The notes beneath the pieces are model-generated. The model had not been told where the DNA came from, made no database searches, and saw only the letters and a program-made list of their open reading frames with translations. From Andalucia godoyi And28 (taxonomy: Eukaryota > Protista > Jakobida): DNA of 64,000 nt. Numbering within the stretch: position 1 is the first letter of the stretch; every line of letters starts with the position of its first letter. Positions 52,100-62,309 of this stretch are shown piece by piece. Made by a program: the position numbers and the translations under genes. The stretch is taken from positions 318,724 through 382,723 of the forward strand of contig VRVR01000002.1 of assembly GCA_009859145.1 (NCBI GenBank). The letters are read 5' to 3'.

Positions 52100-52663
52100 A
52101 TGGTTGTGACGGGATCAGTGGATTATACGTACAAGTTTCCTTGGAAGACCGTTGTGGGATTTACTTGGTTTAAGTTTCCGGATCCTGCAGAGCCCCGAGT
52201 TCGGTGTGTGACAGTGGGTCGGGAAGTTTCCGTTCCGGATGTGGAGGTTTCCGAAGATCGCTTGTTTACCGTGGACAACGATGCGCCGTCCTGGATCAAA
52301 GCTGTGCTAGGTGTGAAGGTCTTTGAGTTCACAGAGGTTGCTTCGATCAACAATGAGAAGGAAAAACTTGTCATCAACACGAAGAACATCACGTTCTCCA
52401 GCATCATGTCTGCGACGGAGACGTCGTCGTATGTGCCAGACTCGCAGAATTCAGACTGGACGCATTTCCACCAGGATCTCTCCGTGCAGGTGAAACTGGG
52501 GTGGCTTTCCCACAAGATTGAAAAGTATGCTGTATCGTACTTCACTTCCGAGGCCCGCAACAGTCACCAGCGCATGTCCGACAGGATAAAGAACACTCTT
52601 GCAAACGGCGCCGATCCCGATAGGATTTTCGATCGTATTTTCCATTTTTCACAGATTTCCTAG
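52100..52663 (+). CDS. PRELI/Ups family mitochondrial lipid-transfer protein
   Basis: YKFPWKTVVGFTWFKFPDP, APSWIKAVLG, TKNITFS and ETSSYVPDSQNSDWTHF. Confidence 0.9.
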   Translation: MVVTGSVDYTYKFPWKTVVGFTWFKFPDPAEPRVRCVTVGREVSVPDVEVSEDRLFTVDNDAPSWIKAVLGVKVFEFTEVASINNEKEKLVINTKNITFSSIMSATETSSYVPDSQNSDWTHFHQDLSVQVKLGWLSHKIEKYAVSYFTSEARNSHQRMSDRIKNTLANGADPDRIFDRIFHFSQIS

Positions 52664-52915
52664 TCGAATAGAGTTGAAAGAGACGCAGCCGACATCAGAG
52701 AGAGAGAGAGAGAGCAATTGAGAAAATGTGGTCCTTCCTCTTCGTTGACTTGTCATGCTCGATGCTGCACATTCTTTTTCATCGTGTGTTTTGAGTAATA
52801 AACGAGAGAGTGTTTTTTTGTTTTTTTTGTGTTGCCAGTGTGAAACTGTGGTCTGTCGAGTGGTGAACTTCGTTTGCTTCTATTTATTCATGTTACCTAT
52901 TCTTTTCAATGTCAG

Positions 52916-53995
52916 TTACAATGCAAGTTGGTCTTTTCGGATTTCGCGCAACACGACAGGAACCGAGGTTGGCGGAATGCATCCGACCTCCGTAAAGATC
53001 AGGTCAATAAAGTCAACCGGAGTAACGTCGTATACAAGATTGAGAACGTCAATCCCGGACCCCGCTGGAAGTTCATAGTCTGCATCACCCAGCTCGTTGA
53101 TGGCCAGCGCATCGAGAGGCGCATGTTCCGAAAACTTGAACGTTTCACAAGCCACGAGCACCGGTACACCATAGGACCGAGCAGTCATTGCAACTGTTGC
53201 AGCACCGCACCTGGACAACATGCCTCCGTTATGCAGCATAGCATGCGCACCAAGCAGTACCTTTGTGACTCCTCTCATCATGTGAGAGACTGCTGAAATC
53301 GGAGCATAGGCACAGGCAATACCTTCTTTTGTCAGCTTCTTGAGGAGCATGCGCCCTTCAAAATACGGCTCCGAGTCGACAATGATGACCTTTTGTGGGC
53401 GGACCTTGAGCAGCATGCGTTCGACGACGTGAGATCTCGCAAACGTCAGGATGACATCGGTCGAATCTCTCTCTTCTTCCACAAACCCAAACTTTTCGCA
53501 AGCATGGCCAACCATGGCTTCGTGGGCGACAAGAATGCGGCGTTCGAGGAAGATATCCAATCGATCCACCAGCAGTTTCTTCGACTCTGCCTCTGACATT
53601 CCTGGTTTGATGAGGCTCAGACACTGTTTGAGATACTGGAGGACAGCGCCCATGGAAATAGACTTTGGCCTGCACGTGTTGATGTAGTCAATCTGGTGTG
53701 TCAGCCGAACATTCAAGTCCCGCGCCAGCTCTTTGTCCTCTGGAGTCACATAGTCATTCACAAATTGCTTCAGACACGAAATCAGCGCCGTTGCCCGCGC
53801 CGTCGACCCAAGAATCTTGTGCTCTCCATACATCAGTCCAAGCCGAATGAACGCAGGGTGAATATCCAACGTCGATGGCGTGTCCTCCGCAGACGAGTGC
53901 TTCTGCAAATGCGACACAAACAACTGCCGATTCTGCTTCGGTGCACTCCCACTCGCACTGTGTATCGAATTCGCGCGCTGTCTCCCACCTTCCAT
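52916..53995 (-). CDS. EIF2B4: Translation initiation factor eIF2B delta subunit
   Basis: LFVSHL, IHPAFIRLG, CRPKSISMG, DSEPYFEG, CETFKFSE and LNLVYDVTP. Confidence 0.95.
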   Translation of the reverse strand: MEGGRQRANSIHSASGSAPKQNRQLFVSHLQKHSSAEDTPSTLDIHPAFIRLGLMYGEHKILGSTARATALISCLKQFVNDYVTPEDKELARDLNVRLTHQIDYINTCRPKSISMGAVLQYLKQCLSLIKPGMSEAESKKLLVDRLDIFLERRILVAHEAMVGHACEKFGFVEEERDSTDVILTFARSHVVERMLLKVRPQKVIIVDSEPYFEGRMLLKKLTKEGIACAYAPISAVSHMMRGVTKVLLGAHAMLHNGGMLSRCGAATVAMTARSYGVPVLVACETFKFSEHAPLDALAINELGDADYELPAGSGIDVLNLVYDVTPVDFIDLIFTEVGCIPPTSVPVVLREIRKDQLAL

Positions 53996-54297
53996 CTTCT
54001 CTTTCCTTCTCTTTCCTTCTTTTTCCTTCTTCTTGTCTGACACTTACCCGAACTCTCTCCCACTCACACGGACCATCTTCCTTTCGCAATCGTACTTGGC
54101 AAAACCATTTGTCTCGAGAAACCAAACATTGAACGCAGAAGCCTTCGCATAGAATCAATTGATGCATGAGAAAGCATCCTCAGTCCTCGCATGCATCACA
54201 AACTCTCCGTCAGTCGAGCTCAGACCGCCTTTTGTCATTACGTTCGTCCAATCGTTGCAAGATCGATGTCATTTTCGAGGAAAAGTTGGATACTGTA

Positions 54298-54336
<39 letters not shown>

Positions 54337-54499
54337 ATATGTATATGTATGTATATAAACCCGTGTATTTGCGAGTGCTGTTGATCTTGGATTTTTAATT
54401 TTTAGTTTTTAGTTTACTTGATTTATTATTTTTTATTTTAATCTTTGCGTGGTTGTTTTTTTCTTTTCTTTCTTTTGTCGTTGAATAAATCCTCACAGA

Positions 54500-55402
54500 A
54501 TGTCTGTTTCTCCGGTTGGTTCGACCCTTCATTATGGCGTTGGAGCCTCCTCATCATCGTCGCCGTCCAAGAGTAACAGGCCACATACGAGTCTTGCTGT
54601 TTCGTTTTCGTTTTCGCGCAACACACAGTTCTCAGACTCGTTTGACAACCATTCGCCGTCGCGACAGATCGAGATTTTCTCGGGACTGCGACCACAGGAT
54701 TCTGCACAGAACAGGTCGGTTGATTTCTCAAATCCGGGCTCGTCGTTCCATCGTGTGCGGACAATCACACCTTCTTCAAAGGAGATTTTGGCCGCAATGC
54801 CTAAAAAGAAAATGTCGTCGTCGGCGCCGCTTTCTCCTGTTTCTCCCACCAATCCCAACAATGTCACCAACTTTTACGGGAATAGTACCAATGGCAGTAG
54901 TAGTAGTAGTAGTAGTAGTAGTAATGGTAATGGTAATGGTAATGGCGGTAATGGTTTGGTTGGAGCAAGTCCGGTGGGATTGGGGGCGGGTTTGCGGTCT
55001 CGATCTCCGAATGCTGGATCGTTTCGGAATGCGGCGAGTGGATCGAGATCGCCGTCCGGAACGCCTCATCAGACACCACTGTCGCCGCATGCGTCTTCTT
55101 CGTTGACGATGGCTTCGACGGATCCTTTCGGGACTGCAGAGCGCGAGTTCCGGTCGCTGTCCACGGTGTATGAACACAACACGATTAATAGTAATGTCAA
55201 GTGGTGGGGAAGGGACTCGTGTGTCCAGAAACTTCCGAGGTCCATCACTCCGAACGGCCTCCGAAGATCAACTTCGTATCGATCGCGGTCTCCCGAACCG
55301 CGGGCCTCCATTCAACAGTTTGATGACGCAGACTTTTGCAGATCGGAACTTCTCGAGTTCGAACGGCGTCTGTGTTTGTCCCAGAATTCTGTGAGCACCT
55401 GA
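54500..55402 (+). CDS. Hypothetical Ser/Pro-rich protein
   Basis: 300-aa ATG-initiated ORF with many SP motifs. No family recognised. Confidence 0.6.
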   Translation: MSVSPVGSTLHYGVGASSSSSPSKSNRPHTSLAVSFSFSRNTQFSDSFDNHSPSRQIEIFSGLRPQDSAQNRSVDFSNPGSSFHRVRTITPSSKEILAAMPKKKMSSSAPLSPVSPTNPNNVTNFYGNSTNGSSSSSSSSSNGNGNGNGGNGLVGASPVGLGAGLRSRSPNAGSFRNAASGSRSPSGTPHQTPLSPHASSSLTMASTDPFGTAEREFRSLSTVYEHNTINSNVKWWGRDSCVQKLPRSITPNGLRRSTSYRSRSPEPRASIQQFDDADFCRSELLEFERRLCLSQNSVST

Positions 55403-55813
55403 AAATCGTCCCTTTTTATATTATTATTACTAATTAGCTATTTGTATATGTATGCGTTTGCGCGCGTGTGTGCGTGTGTGCGTGTGTGTGCGTGGTTTCT
55501 GTTTGAAGCACTGGAGATGTTGGAGTATTTGTTTTGTTCTGGTTCTGGTTCTGGTTCTGGTTCTCTTTCTGGTTCTGGTTTTCGCATTCCTTCGCCAAGC
55601 ATGTTAGTGTGTTTTTCTCTCGCTCCTCCTGTTGTCTTGATATGTTCAAAATGCGCGACCGTTCTGTTCTTTACTTGTCTTCGTCGCATGGTTTGTTTTG
55701 TTTTCTACCTTTATCCATATAAATAGTCTACGTCAATTGCTTCTTTCTCTTAGTAGTATTAGTATTATTATTATTATTATTTTTCTTTTGGGGGGGGAGG
55801 GGGTTGATTTCCG

Positions 55814-56749
55814 CTACAGGGCGCAGGCATCGTTCGGAGATGCTGAATCATGTGCATTGTCCGAGGACGCCCACGAGCGATGCATCTGCGTCAGCAACGT
55901 CATGTTCCACCCGTGTTGCCGCAGCGAAATCGGACCGACTTGCGTTCGCTCCAGCGAAGCCAAGAATCCGCCACTTCCAATTGCGTCACCAACTGAAGAT
56001 GCCAACGACCGGACATACGTCCCCGTGGAACAGGTCACAGAAAATGGAAAGCAACATAAAGATGCGCGCCTCGGATCCGAGAACGCGACTGTCTCCAATT
56101 TGAATGCGGACCGGCTATAAGTTCTTTCTCCCAAAGAAGTGATCAGTGAATCAGCCTCCTGTTGCAAAACTCTTGCTTGAGAAACGGGACCGCAACGCAC
56201 AAACGAATCGACGAGTACTTGGCGTTTGGGAAGTTCTTCTTCTGGAATCACCACTCCACGATGTGCTGAATGATACAGTCTGCGCCCATCTTTCCACGCT
56301 GCGCTGAAACGCGGAACCCGCTGCAGGATTCGTCCCGTATGCTCCCTCAAAGCTGTGTCCACATCCAATTCCACGTGCCCGGTAAACTGAAATGTAGATA
56401 GCGAAGGCACAATAGGTGTCCCCGAATCTTGAGACATGGTCGTCGCTCCAAGGCAAATGGTTCCCGCATACGACTTGCTGCAGTCTGTGAAGGCGCTGAG
56501 CAGCTTTGTGGACGTTCCAAAGCAGCATATTAGAAGACCCGTCGCAAGCGGATCCAAAGTTCCAGCGAATCCAATCTTTTTGGTCTTGAAAGTGTGCCGC
56601 AGTTTCCGCAAAACGTCCATCGAAGACCATCCAATCGGCTTGTCAACGGCAACAATTGCATTTTCCATGAACGCTCGGCAACGCAGTTTTTCAATCGCAC
56701 CATCTCCTCGGAGAAGCAGCCTTTCGGTTATCACATCCTTCCCGTCCAT
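55814..56749 (-). CDS. truB: tRNA pseudouridine-55 synthase, bacterial-type TruB
   Basis: VDKPIGWSS, GFAGTLDPLATGLL, KSYAG, SAAWKDGRRLY, CSTGTYVRSL and LERTQVGP. Confidence 0.93.
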   Translation of the reverse strand: MDGKDVITERLLLRGDGAIEKLRCRAFMENAIVAVDKPIGWSSMDVLRKLRHTFKTKKIGFAGTLDPLATGLLICCFGTSTKLLSAFTDCSKSYAGTICLGATTMSQDSGTPIVPSLSTFQFTGHVELDVDTALREHTGRILQRVPRFSAAWKDGRRLYHSAHRGVVIPEEELPKRQVLVDSFVRCGPVSQARVLQQEADSLITSLGERTYSRSAFKLETVAFSDPRRASLCCFPFSVTCSTGTYVRSLASSVGDAIGSGGFLASLERTQVGPISLRQHGWNMTLLTQMHRSWASSDNAHDSASPNDACAL

Positions 56750-57434
56750 CCGCACGAACCTTCTTTTTTGCAACCCGCAAAAAAATCTTCCTGAATGAAA
56801 TGTGCTCTATCATCTTTCTGGCGCTTTTCAAACTCGCCATGTATTTTGAGTCTTTCTTCGTTTTTGCCGATTGCCAAGCTGTTGTGTTAATCTGGGATTT
56901 TCTTTTTTGTTCGCCAGTTCGATTCTTTCTTTCTTGCTCTGGTGTCTTTTGCTGTTGCTTTGTTTCATAGAATCCAGGTATTTTTCTTCTACGATCCAAG
57001 GTAAAATCGTTTTCTTTCGGTATGGTGTGCAGCGCATTGGCCAAATAGATGCGCTGAGATGTGGCAGTGACGTATGCAGTGTGTGCGGACGGTAGTCGAG
57101 GGGAAGACGAGCGAGACAAACAGTGGGCTGTCAGGGTGATTGTGAGGTTTTCGGAGTTCGGACTGCTGTGGGAGATGAGGAGCGTTTCGGTGTGGAACAA
57201 AGGCAAGTCTCTAGCGCAAACCTAATCTATTTGGAGTGTTTACTTCAGTCCCAGGGGACAACTGTGAGCAGCAGGATGATCCAGCACTGTGATTTCAAGA
57301 CGGCATAGCATGCTCGGGTGCCCGGTGGACAAGTTATTCGTTTCAATGGTAGACGGGAGAAGAGGAAAACCTGGACGGGGTGGGGGAATGCAGGAAAGAG
57401 GCAAGTTAGGGAAAGAACGCGAATGTTGAGCAAG

Positions 57435-59270
57435 TCAACCAGGTGCCTGAGACGCAGAGGGGACAGCACCAGAAGCAGCTCCCATTGACATGATGCGGGA
57501 AGCAGAAATGACCGGCTTCTTCCAAAAACTAGCGGGCTGCATGTACACTGCACTGAACACCATGAATCCCTTGTCATTGAACCGATTCAGCTTGCTCATT
57601 TGGATTTCGACCAACTGACCAGTCGATTTCATGACGCGATACAATCCATAGGTTCGGGTTTCGTGAAACACAACTCCTCGGAATATGTCGGCGTAGTATC
57701 TCTGGACGTCACCAGGGTGCATATAGATGAAATGCTCGCCACCGAGTTCAAGGAGTTTAGCGATTTCTTCCTGAGGAGCCGTTTGTCCCATTACAACCAT
57801 TGCAGTCTTGTTCAGGCGAGCGACAATTCGACGCGGGCCGTAAAACCAGTAGTGAAGCACGCCAAACAGATCATCGGAAGGAGATGCGGCTTGTCCGAAC
57901 TCCACCAGCGGCGGGATGTCGACAGCCGCATTCGCAAGGCAATCTCGCTCGGCCTCCTCCGAGCACAGAGAGTGTTGCAAATTCAATAACAATGAGTGAC
58001 AGTCAGACAGATACGCAAAGTGAGATGACCGCTCGACTTCTGCAATCAAGTACGTGAACATCCAACATAATCGAGACTGTAATTCTGTCATGCTCCTCTG
58101 CATGGGTGGCAATGAAAACCACGTGGATTCAATAAAAGAAGAAAACTCTCGCATTCGAGCATCCAGCATTGCTGCAGCTGCTGGAACTCCCGAAGGCTGC
58201 GGGAACATGCTCGACGAGAAATTCGATGCGACACCGGATCCCAACGCAGATCCGTCACCAGAAACAAGCCCGGGAGTTTGAAGCATCGCCGACATGTTTC
58301 CAGGCACAGCAGCAGGTGGAAGAACACTGGGCATGCTGTGCAAAGGGGAAATGCGATGCTGCTCAGCAGCCAGAGAGGACGACGCCGACGCCGACGATGA
58401 TAAAGTGGAAGAAGGAACAGAAGAGTAGACATGCGCAGAAGACATAGAAGGATGCGGAGGACTTGCTGGGTCATTCAAAAACATTGAAGGCGACAAGGAA
58501 AACGGATCGTCTGTTCCATAGGTTGCGACAAAATGATAGTCATCAGACGAGCTGTGCCCCCGTTTCTGGGGTAGAAAGGATGGGGGAGGTTCGTCTGTGC
58601 ACGGGATACCGCTCTTGACACATCTTGGGCACGGGCGTTCATCGGAGCACGCAACTTTGGAAGCTCTGCAACGCCAACACGCCTTGTTGACTCTTTTCCT
58701 CTGTTGTGCATTGCTCAAAGACGTTACATTACTGTTCGTCGTCATAGCACCTCCATTGATCGGAGAAACTGCAGTCCCATTTCCCGGAGCAACAGATGAC
58801 GAAATCGACGAACCTTGACTTGTCGCTGCGAGCGTGTCGGTCAGCGTGGCCGAAGAAAAGCCCGGCTGAGGATGGAATGGATTGTCGAACCGATGGCGAG
58901 GCTCAGGAGAGGATGTGGTTACTATAACGGACGGAGGTGACACCAACGACCTGGACAAAGCAGCAGCAGGAGTAGCAGTAGAGGAAAAAGAAGAAGAAGA
59001 AGAAGAAGAAGAGGAGGAGGAGGAGGAGGAGGAGGAGAATGAAGAGTCGCCGATTGGCGCGGAGCGCAGCGAGACTGGTAATGCAGATGTCGACGGGTCA
59101 TCATCATCATCATCGTCATCATCGTCATCATCATTGTTATTGCTGTTGCTATTGTTATTGTTGTTGAAGTTGTTATTACTCTCACGCCGCCCAGAACTCA
59201 GCGAATGTGTACTACCATATGGATAAGAAGATGCCGACGGCGTGGACGAAGATGTGGAAACAGGGATCAT
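57435..59270 (-). CDS. Zn(II)2Cys6 transcription factor with C-terminal PAS-like domain (paralog 1)
   Basis: CWRCRASKVACSDERPCPRCVKSGIPC fits CX2CX6CX5CX2CX6C. The C-terminal region has YMHPGD followed by PAC-like strands. Confidence 0.88.
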   Translation of the reverse strand: MIPVSTSSSTPSASSYPYGSTHSLSSGRRESNNNFNNNNNSNSNNNDDDDDDDDDDDDPSTSALPVSLRSAPIGDSSFSSSSSSSSSSSSSSSSFSSTATPAAALSRSLVSPPSVIVTTSSPEPRHRFDNPFHPQPGFSSATLTDTLAATSQGSSISSSVAPGNGTAVSPINGGAMTTNSNVTSLSNAQQRKRVNKACWRCRASKVACSDERPCPRCVKSGIPCTDEPPPSFLPQKRGHSSSDDYHFVATYGTDDPFSLSPSMFLNDPASPPHPSMSSAHVYSSVPSSTLSSSASASSSLAAEQHRISPLHSMPSVLPPAAVPGNMSAMLQTPGLVSGDGSALGSGVASNFSSSMFPQPSGVPAAAAMLDARMREFSSFIESTWFSLPPMQRSMTELQSRLCWMFTYLIAEVERSSHFAYLSDCHSLLLNLQHSLCSEEAERDCLANAAVDIPPLVEFGQAASPSDDLFGVLHYWFYGPRRIVARLNKTAMVVMGQTAPQEEIAKLLELGGEHFIYMHPGDVQRYYADIFRGVVFHETRTYGLYRVMKSTGQLVEIQMSKLNRFNDKGFMVFSAVYMQPASFWKKPVISASRIMSMGAASGAVPSASQAPG

Positions 59271-59923
59271 TTTCCAAGATCAAACGTGGGAAGAAATGAA
59301 AAGACAGAACCACCTCGTTAAATTTCCAGATCTGCGATATTACAGAGAGGCCAAAAGCAACGAGGATGCCAACCAGACGGCGAAGAATGAAGAAACGAGC
59401 GGGAGTTGGGTCGTAGATGTTTGCTGCGAAGTGGGAAAATGAGAAATATATATCAAGTCGGGAAGGAGAGCATGGGTGATCACAGAGATACAGGCCAAGT
59501 AGCAACCACTGTTTTTCTCTCTTCCTGTTTTGCTATTATTCGTCTTTTGTTTGATGTGTGCTTCCTGTTTTCCCTTTCTGTCGTGCTTCCATCCACACAC
59601 AAAACACTGACACTCACAGAAACGCGCGATGCAGAGTCTGAGGTTGTGACAAATGGGACATGAATAAAGGAATTGCCGAAAACTCCAGAATCCAGATCTC
59701 CGAATTGAGAGTTACGAGAGTGTGATTCGTAATTTTCTATTGACAACGAGATAGTGTTTGGTCTGTGCAGAAAGAAGTAAAAGGATCTTGCATCAAGCGC
59801 CCTCCCAAGCTTTCCTTTATTTCCTGCTGGCTTTCTTTTCCATTGTGGATTGTTCAATAGACAGTGTGTACATATTGTAGCCCCATCCGAGTCGGCAGTG
59901 ACAGTGAGTAAGTGAGTAAATTG

Positions 59924-60047
<124 letters not shown>

Positions 60048-60053
60048 AGGAGG

Positions 60054-62129
60054 ATGCAGACAGCTTCGATACGTGTATTTTCCAACGAGGCGTTTAACCG
60101 AGATGAGCAGCGACTTGCACAGATTCGGGCGACACTTGGTCGTTCTGCACAGCTGACGACAGAGGTAGACAAGATTCTGCTGTCTTTTCAACGGCGGCTT
60201 GGAGATCTGCAGGATCTTTTGAGGCCGATAGAAGAGGAGGTTTCGGAATATGCTCATGTTCATGAGAACATTGAAAAGACGCTGATTGCGGTCAATCGGG
60301 TGCTTGACAAGTTTGAAGTTCAGTCTGATGTGGAGGCTGTGCTGCGGAGAGGAGTCCAGGATAACCTTGATTTGTTCCTGACGAAGCTGGATCAGTTGAC
60401 GCGCGCGGAAGAGTTCTTTATCGAGAACGAAAAGACAATTCGATCGTCAAAGGATGCGCTGGAAAAGATCGCAATGACGAGAACAAGAGCTTTGCAAAAG
60501 TGTGCAGATGCGTTTGACCGCATTCTCAGCAAGTACTCCTCGGCTGTGGACGTCCAGTCCAAAGATCCGCCTGCGCGCATTGATTGGGTTCCGGAACATG
60601 CCGTGGCGGATTTGTCCAAACTGTCACAGCGCCTCTCAAAAGCATCGCAGCTGTCCTTCTTGAAAGCGTACCGAAACCAACGGTCGCATTCCTTGGAAAA
60701 TACTCTGAGGAGTTACATTCGAAAGCACGTGAATGCCGCAATGGACGACAAAATCATCGAGGCTTCTCGGTATGAAAAGGGGAGCCACGTCTTGCTGCGG
60801 CTCACGCAATTCTATTTGCTCTTGTTGGAAAGCGAACGGCGACTGGCCAATTCCCTGGTTGCTCGCGAGCAGTTTGCAGCGGTTTTCAAAGAGACAGTGT
60901 CGGACTCGCTCAAGGTGTACCTGGGGGTTTTTGAAGAGTTTTTGTCCAAGCGCGCAAAGTTGTACACGTCGGAAGCGGTGTACATCGTGTTTGACGTCGT
61001 TGAATGCCTTGATCGGTATCGCAATGCCTATGTGGAAGTTCTCAACACGTCGACGGATGGCGTGTCGTCTCTTGCACAGAAATTTGACGAAATATGCGTC
61101 GCGTATGCCACATCAGCTTCGGATTTTTTGCAGAAGATGGTTTCGCATCTGTCCCACGTCGTTGTCAAGCTGCCTCCGGACGGCACTGTTCACGAAGTTA
61201 CTTCGCGCACCATCAATTTCCTAAAGAGGCTGATCGAGTTCCGCGTTGCCATTGACTACATATTGAACCATCGTCCGACACGGGGGAAATTCTCCATTTC
61301 AAGTTCGCAAAGCATGACATCGATCGCTTCGTCTTCGGGCCAGTCCTCTGGATTGAAGAAACCGAGTTCGTACACAAAAGGGTCGTCTCGCACGGGACCC
61401 AGGGGCCCCCACGGCGATTCTGACGACGAGGAAGATGATGGTACGAGGAGTGTTTACTCTGTTGCAAGAGAATCAGTGGCACCCTCAGAGGCGTTTCGGA
61501 AGGAGAGTACCCGAATGTTTGATGGAAATCCGGAAGAAGACGAAGTACTCACGTCACTTGCTGCCTTTGCAGCCCGCGTGCTCACCAAACTGGACAACTA
61601 CCTTAGCGCAGTTGCAAAGCAGTACAAGAATGTTGTGTTGGAGTACCTGTTTTTGATGAACAATCGATACTACATTGTTAAGGCCATCCGGTCTTCTGCG
61701 TTGATGAGTCTTGTTGATGCGGATTTTCTCCAAGTGTACGATGTGCGCGCCGGGAAAGACAAGGAGGCATACATGCAAGCCTGCTGGTCCAAAGCCAGAA
61801 GATTCTTGTTGGATGAAGAGAATGCCGAAGTGAATCCGAAGAATCAAAAGAAGGAGCTAAAAGCTCGGTTTTCTGGATTCAACGATGTCCTGTCTGAACA
61901 AGTGGAGAAGCAAAAGATGTATTCGATCCCAGATGCAGAACTCCGGACAGTTGTTCGAAAGGGCATCCTCGAGGCGATCATTCCAGCGTACGAAAAAATG
62001 TACACGAAGTACGGGAGCGTCCCTTTCACGAAGAATCGTGAGAAGTACATCAAGTTCACAGTGTTGCAGGTGACGACCATGCTTCGTTCGTTGTTTGACG
62101 AGCAAAGGGCAGCAGCAGCGAAATCCTAG
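60054..62129 (+). CDS. EXO70: Exocyst subunit Exo70/EXOC7
   Basis: HENIEKTL, LPPDGTVHEVTSRTINFLKRL, FLMNNRYYI, LKARFSGFN, YSIPDAELR and KNREKYIKF. Confidence 0.96.
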   Translation: MQTASIRVFSNEAFNRDEQRLAQIRATLGRSAQLTTEVDKILLSFQRRLGDLQDLLRPIEEEVSEYAHVHENIEKTLIAVNRVLDKFEVQSDVEAVLRRGVQDNLDLFLTKLDQLTRAEEFFIENEKTIRSSKDALEKIAMTRTRALQKCADAFDRILSKYSSAVDVQSKDPPARIDWVPEHAVADLSKLSQRLSKASQLSFLKAYRNQRSHSLENTLRSYIRKHVNAAMDDKIIEASRYEKGSHVLLRLTQFYLLLLESERRLANSLVAREQFAAVFKETVSDSLKVYLGVFEEFLSKRAKLYTSEAVYIVFDVVECLDRYRNAYVEVLNTSTDGVSSLAQKFDEICVAYATSASDFLQKMVSHLSHVVVKLPPDGTVHEVTSRTINFLKRLIEFRVAIDYILNHRPTRGKFSISSSQSMTSIASSSGQSSGLKKPSSYTKGSSRTGPRGPHGDSDDEEDDGTRSVYSVARESVAPSEAFRKESTRMFDGNPEEDEVLTSLAAFAARVLTKLDNYLSAVAKQYKNVVLEYLFLMNNRYYIVKAIRSSALMSLVDADFLQVYDVRAGKDKEAYMQACWSKARRFLLDEENAEVNPKNQKKELKARFSGFNDVLSEQVEKQKMYSIPDAELRTVVRKGILEAIIPAYEKMYTKYGSVPFTKNREKYIKFTVLQVTTMLRSLFDEQRAAAAKS

Positions 62130-62309
62130 GCGGAAATTGTGATTTATTCCCCCTCTCTTTTGCATGTAAATATACGAGTACGCGAGTTTTGAACCCAACG
62201 GCGTGTGGACACTAGACAATCAAACAAACCCAAGAAAAAGAAGAGAGAGAGAGAGAGAAAAGAAGAAAAAACAACTCCAAAAAGGGAACCCGGAGAGAAA
62301 GAAGGCACA

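Noticed and set aside
53996-54167. N-terminal coding extension of eIF2B delta via the GTAAGT donor near 54047
   Set aside because: The resulting peptide is unconvincing and the intron lacks a pyrimidine tract. It is more likely 5' UTR.
58882-59226. Poly-E/poly-L ORFs here and at 50844-51635, 28394-28837 and 59480-60263
   Set aside because: These are antisense or alternate-frame readings of microsatellites and Ser/Asp/Asn homopolymer codons.
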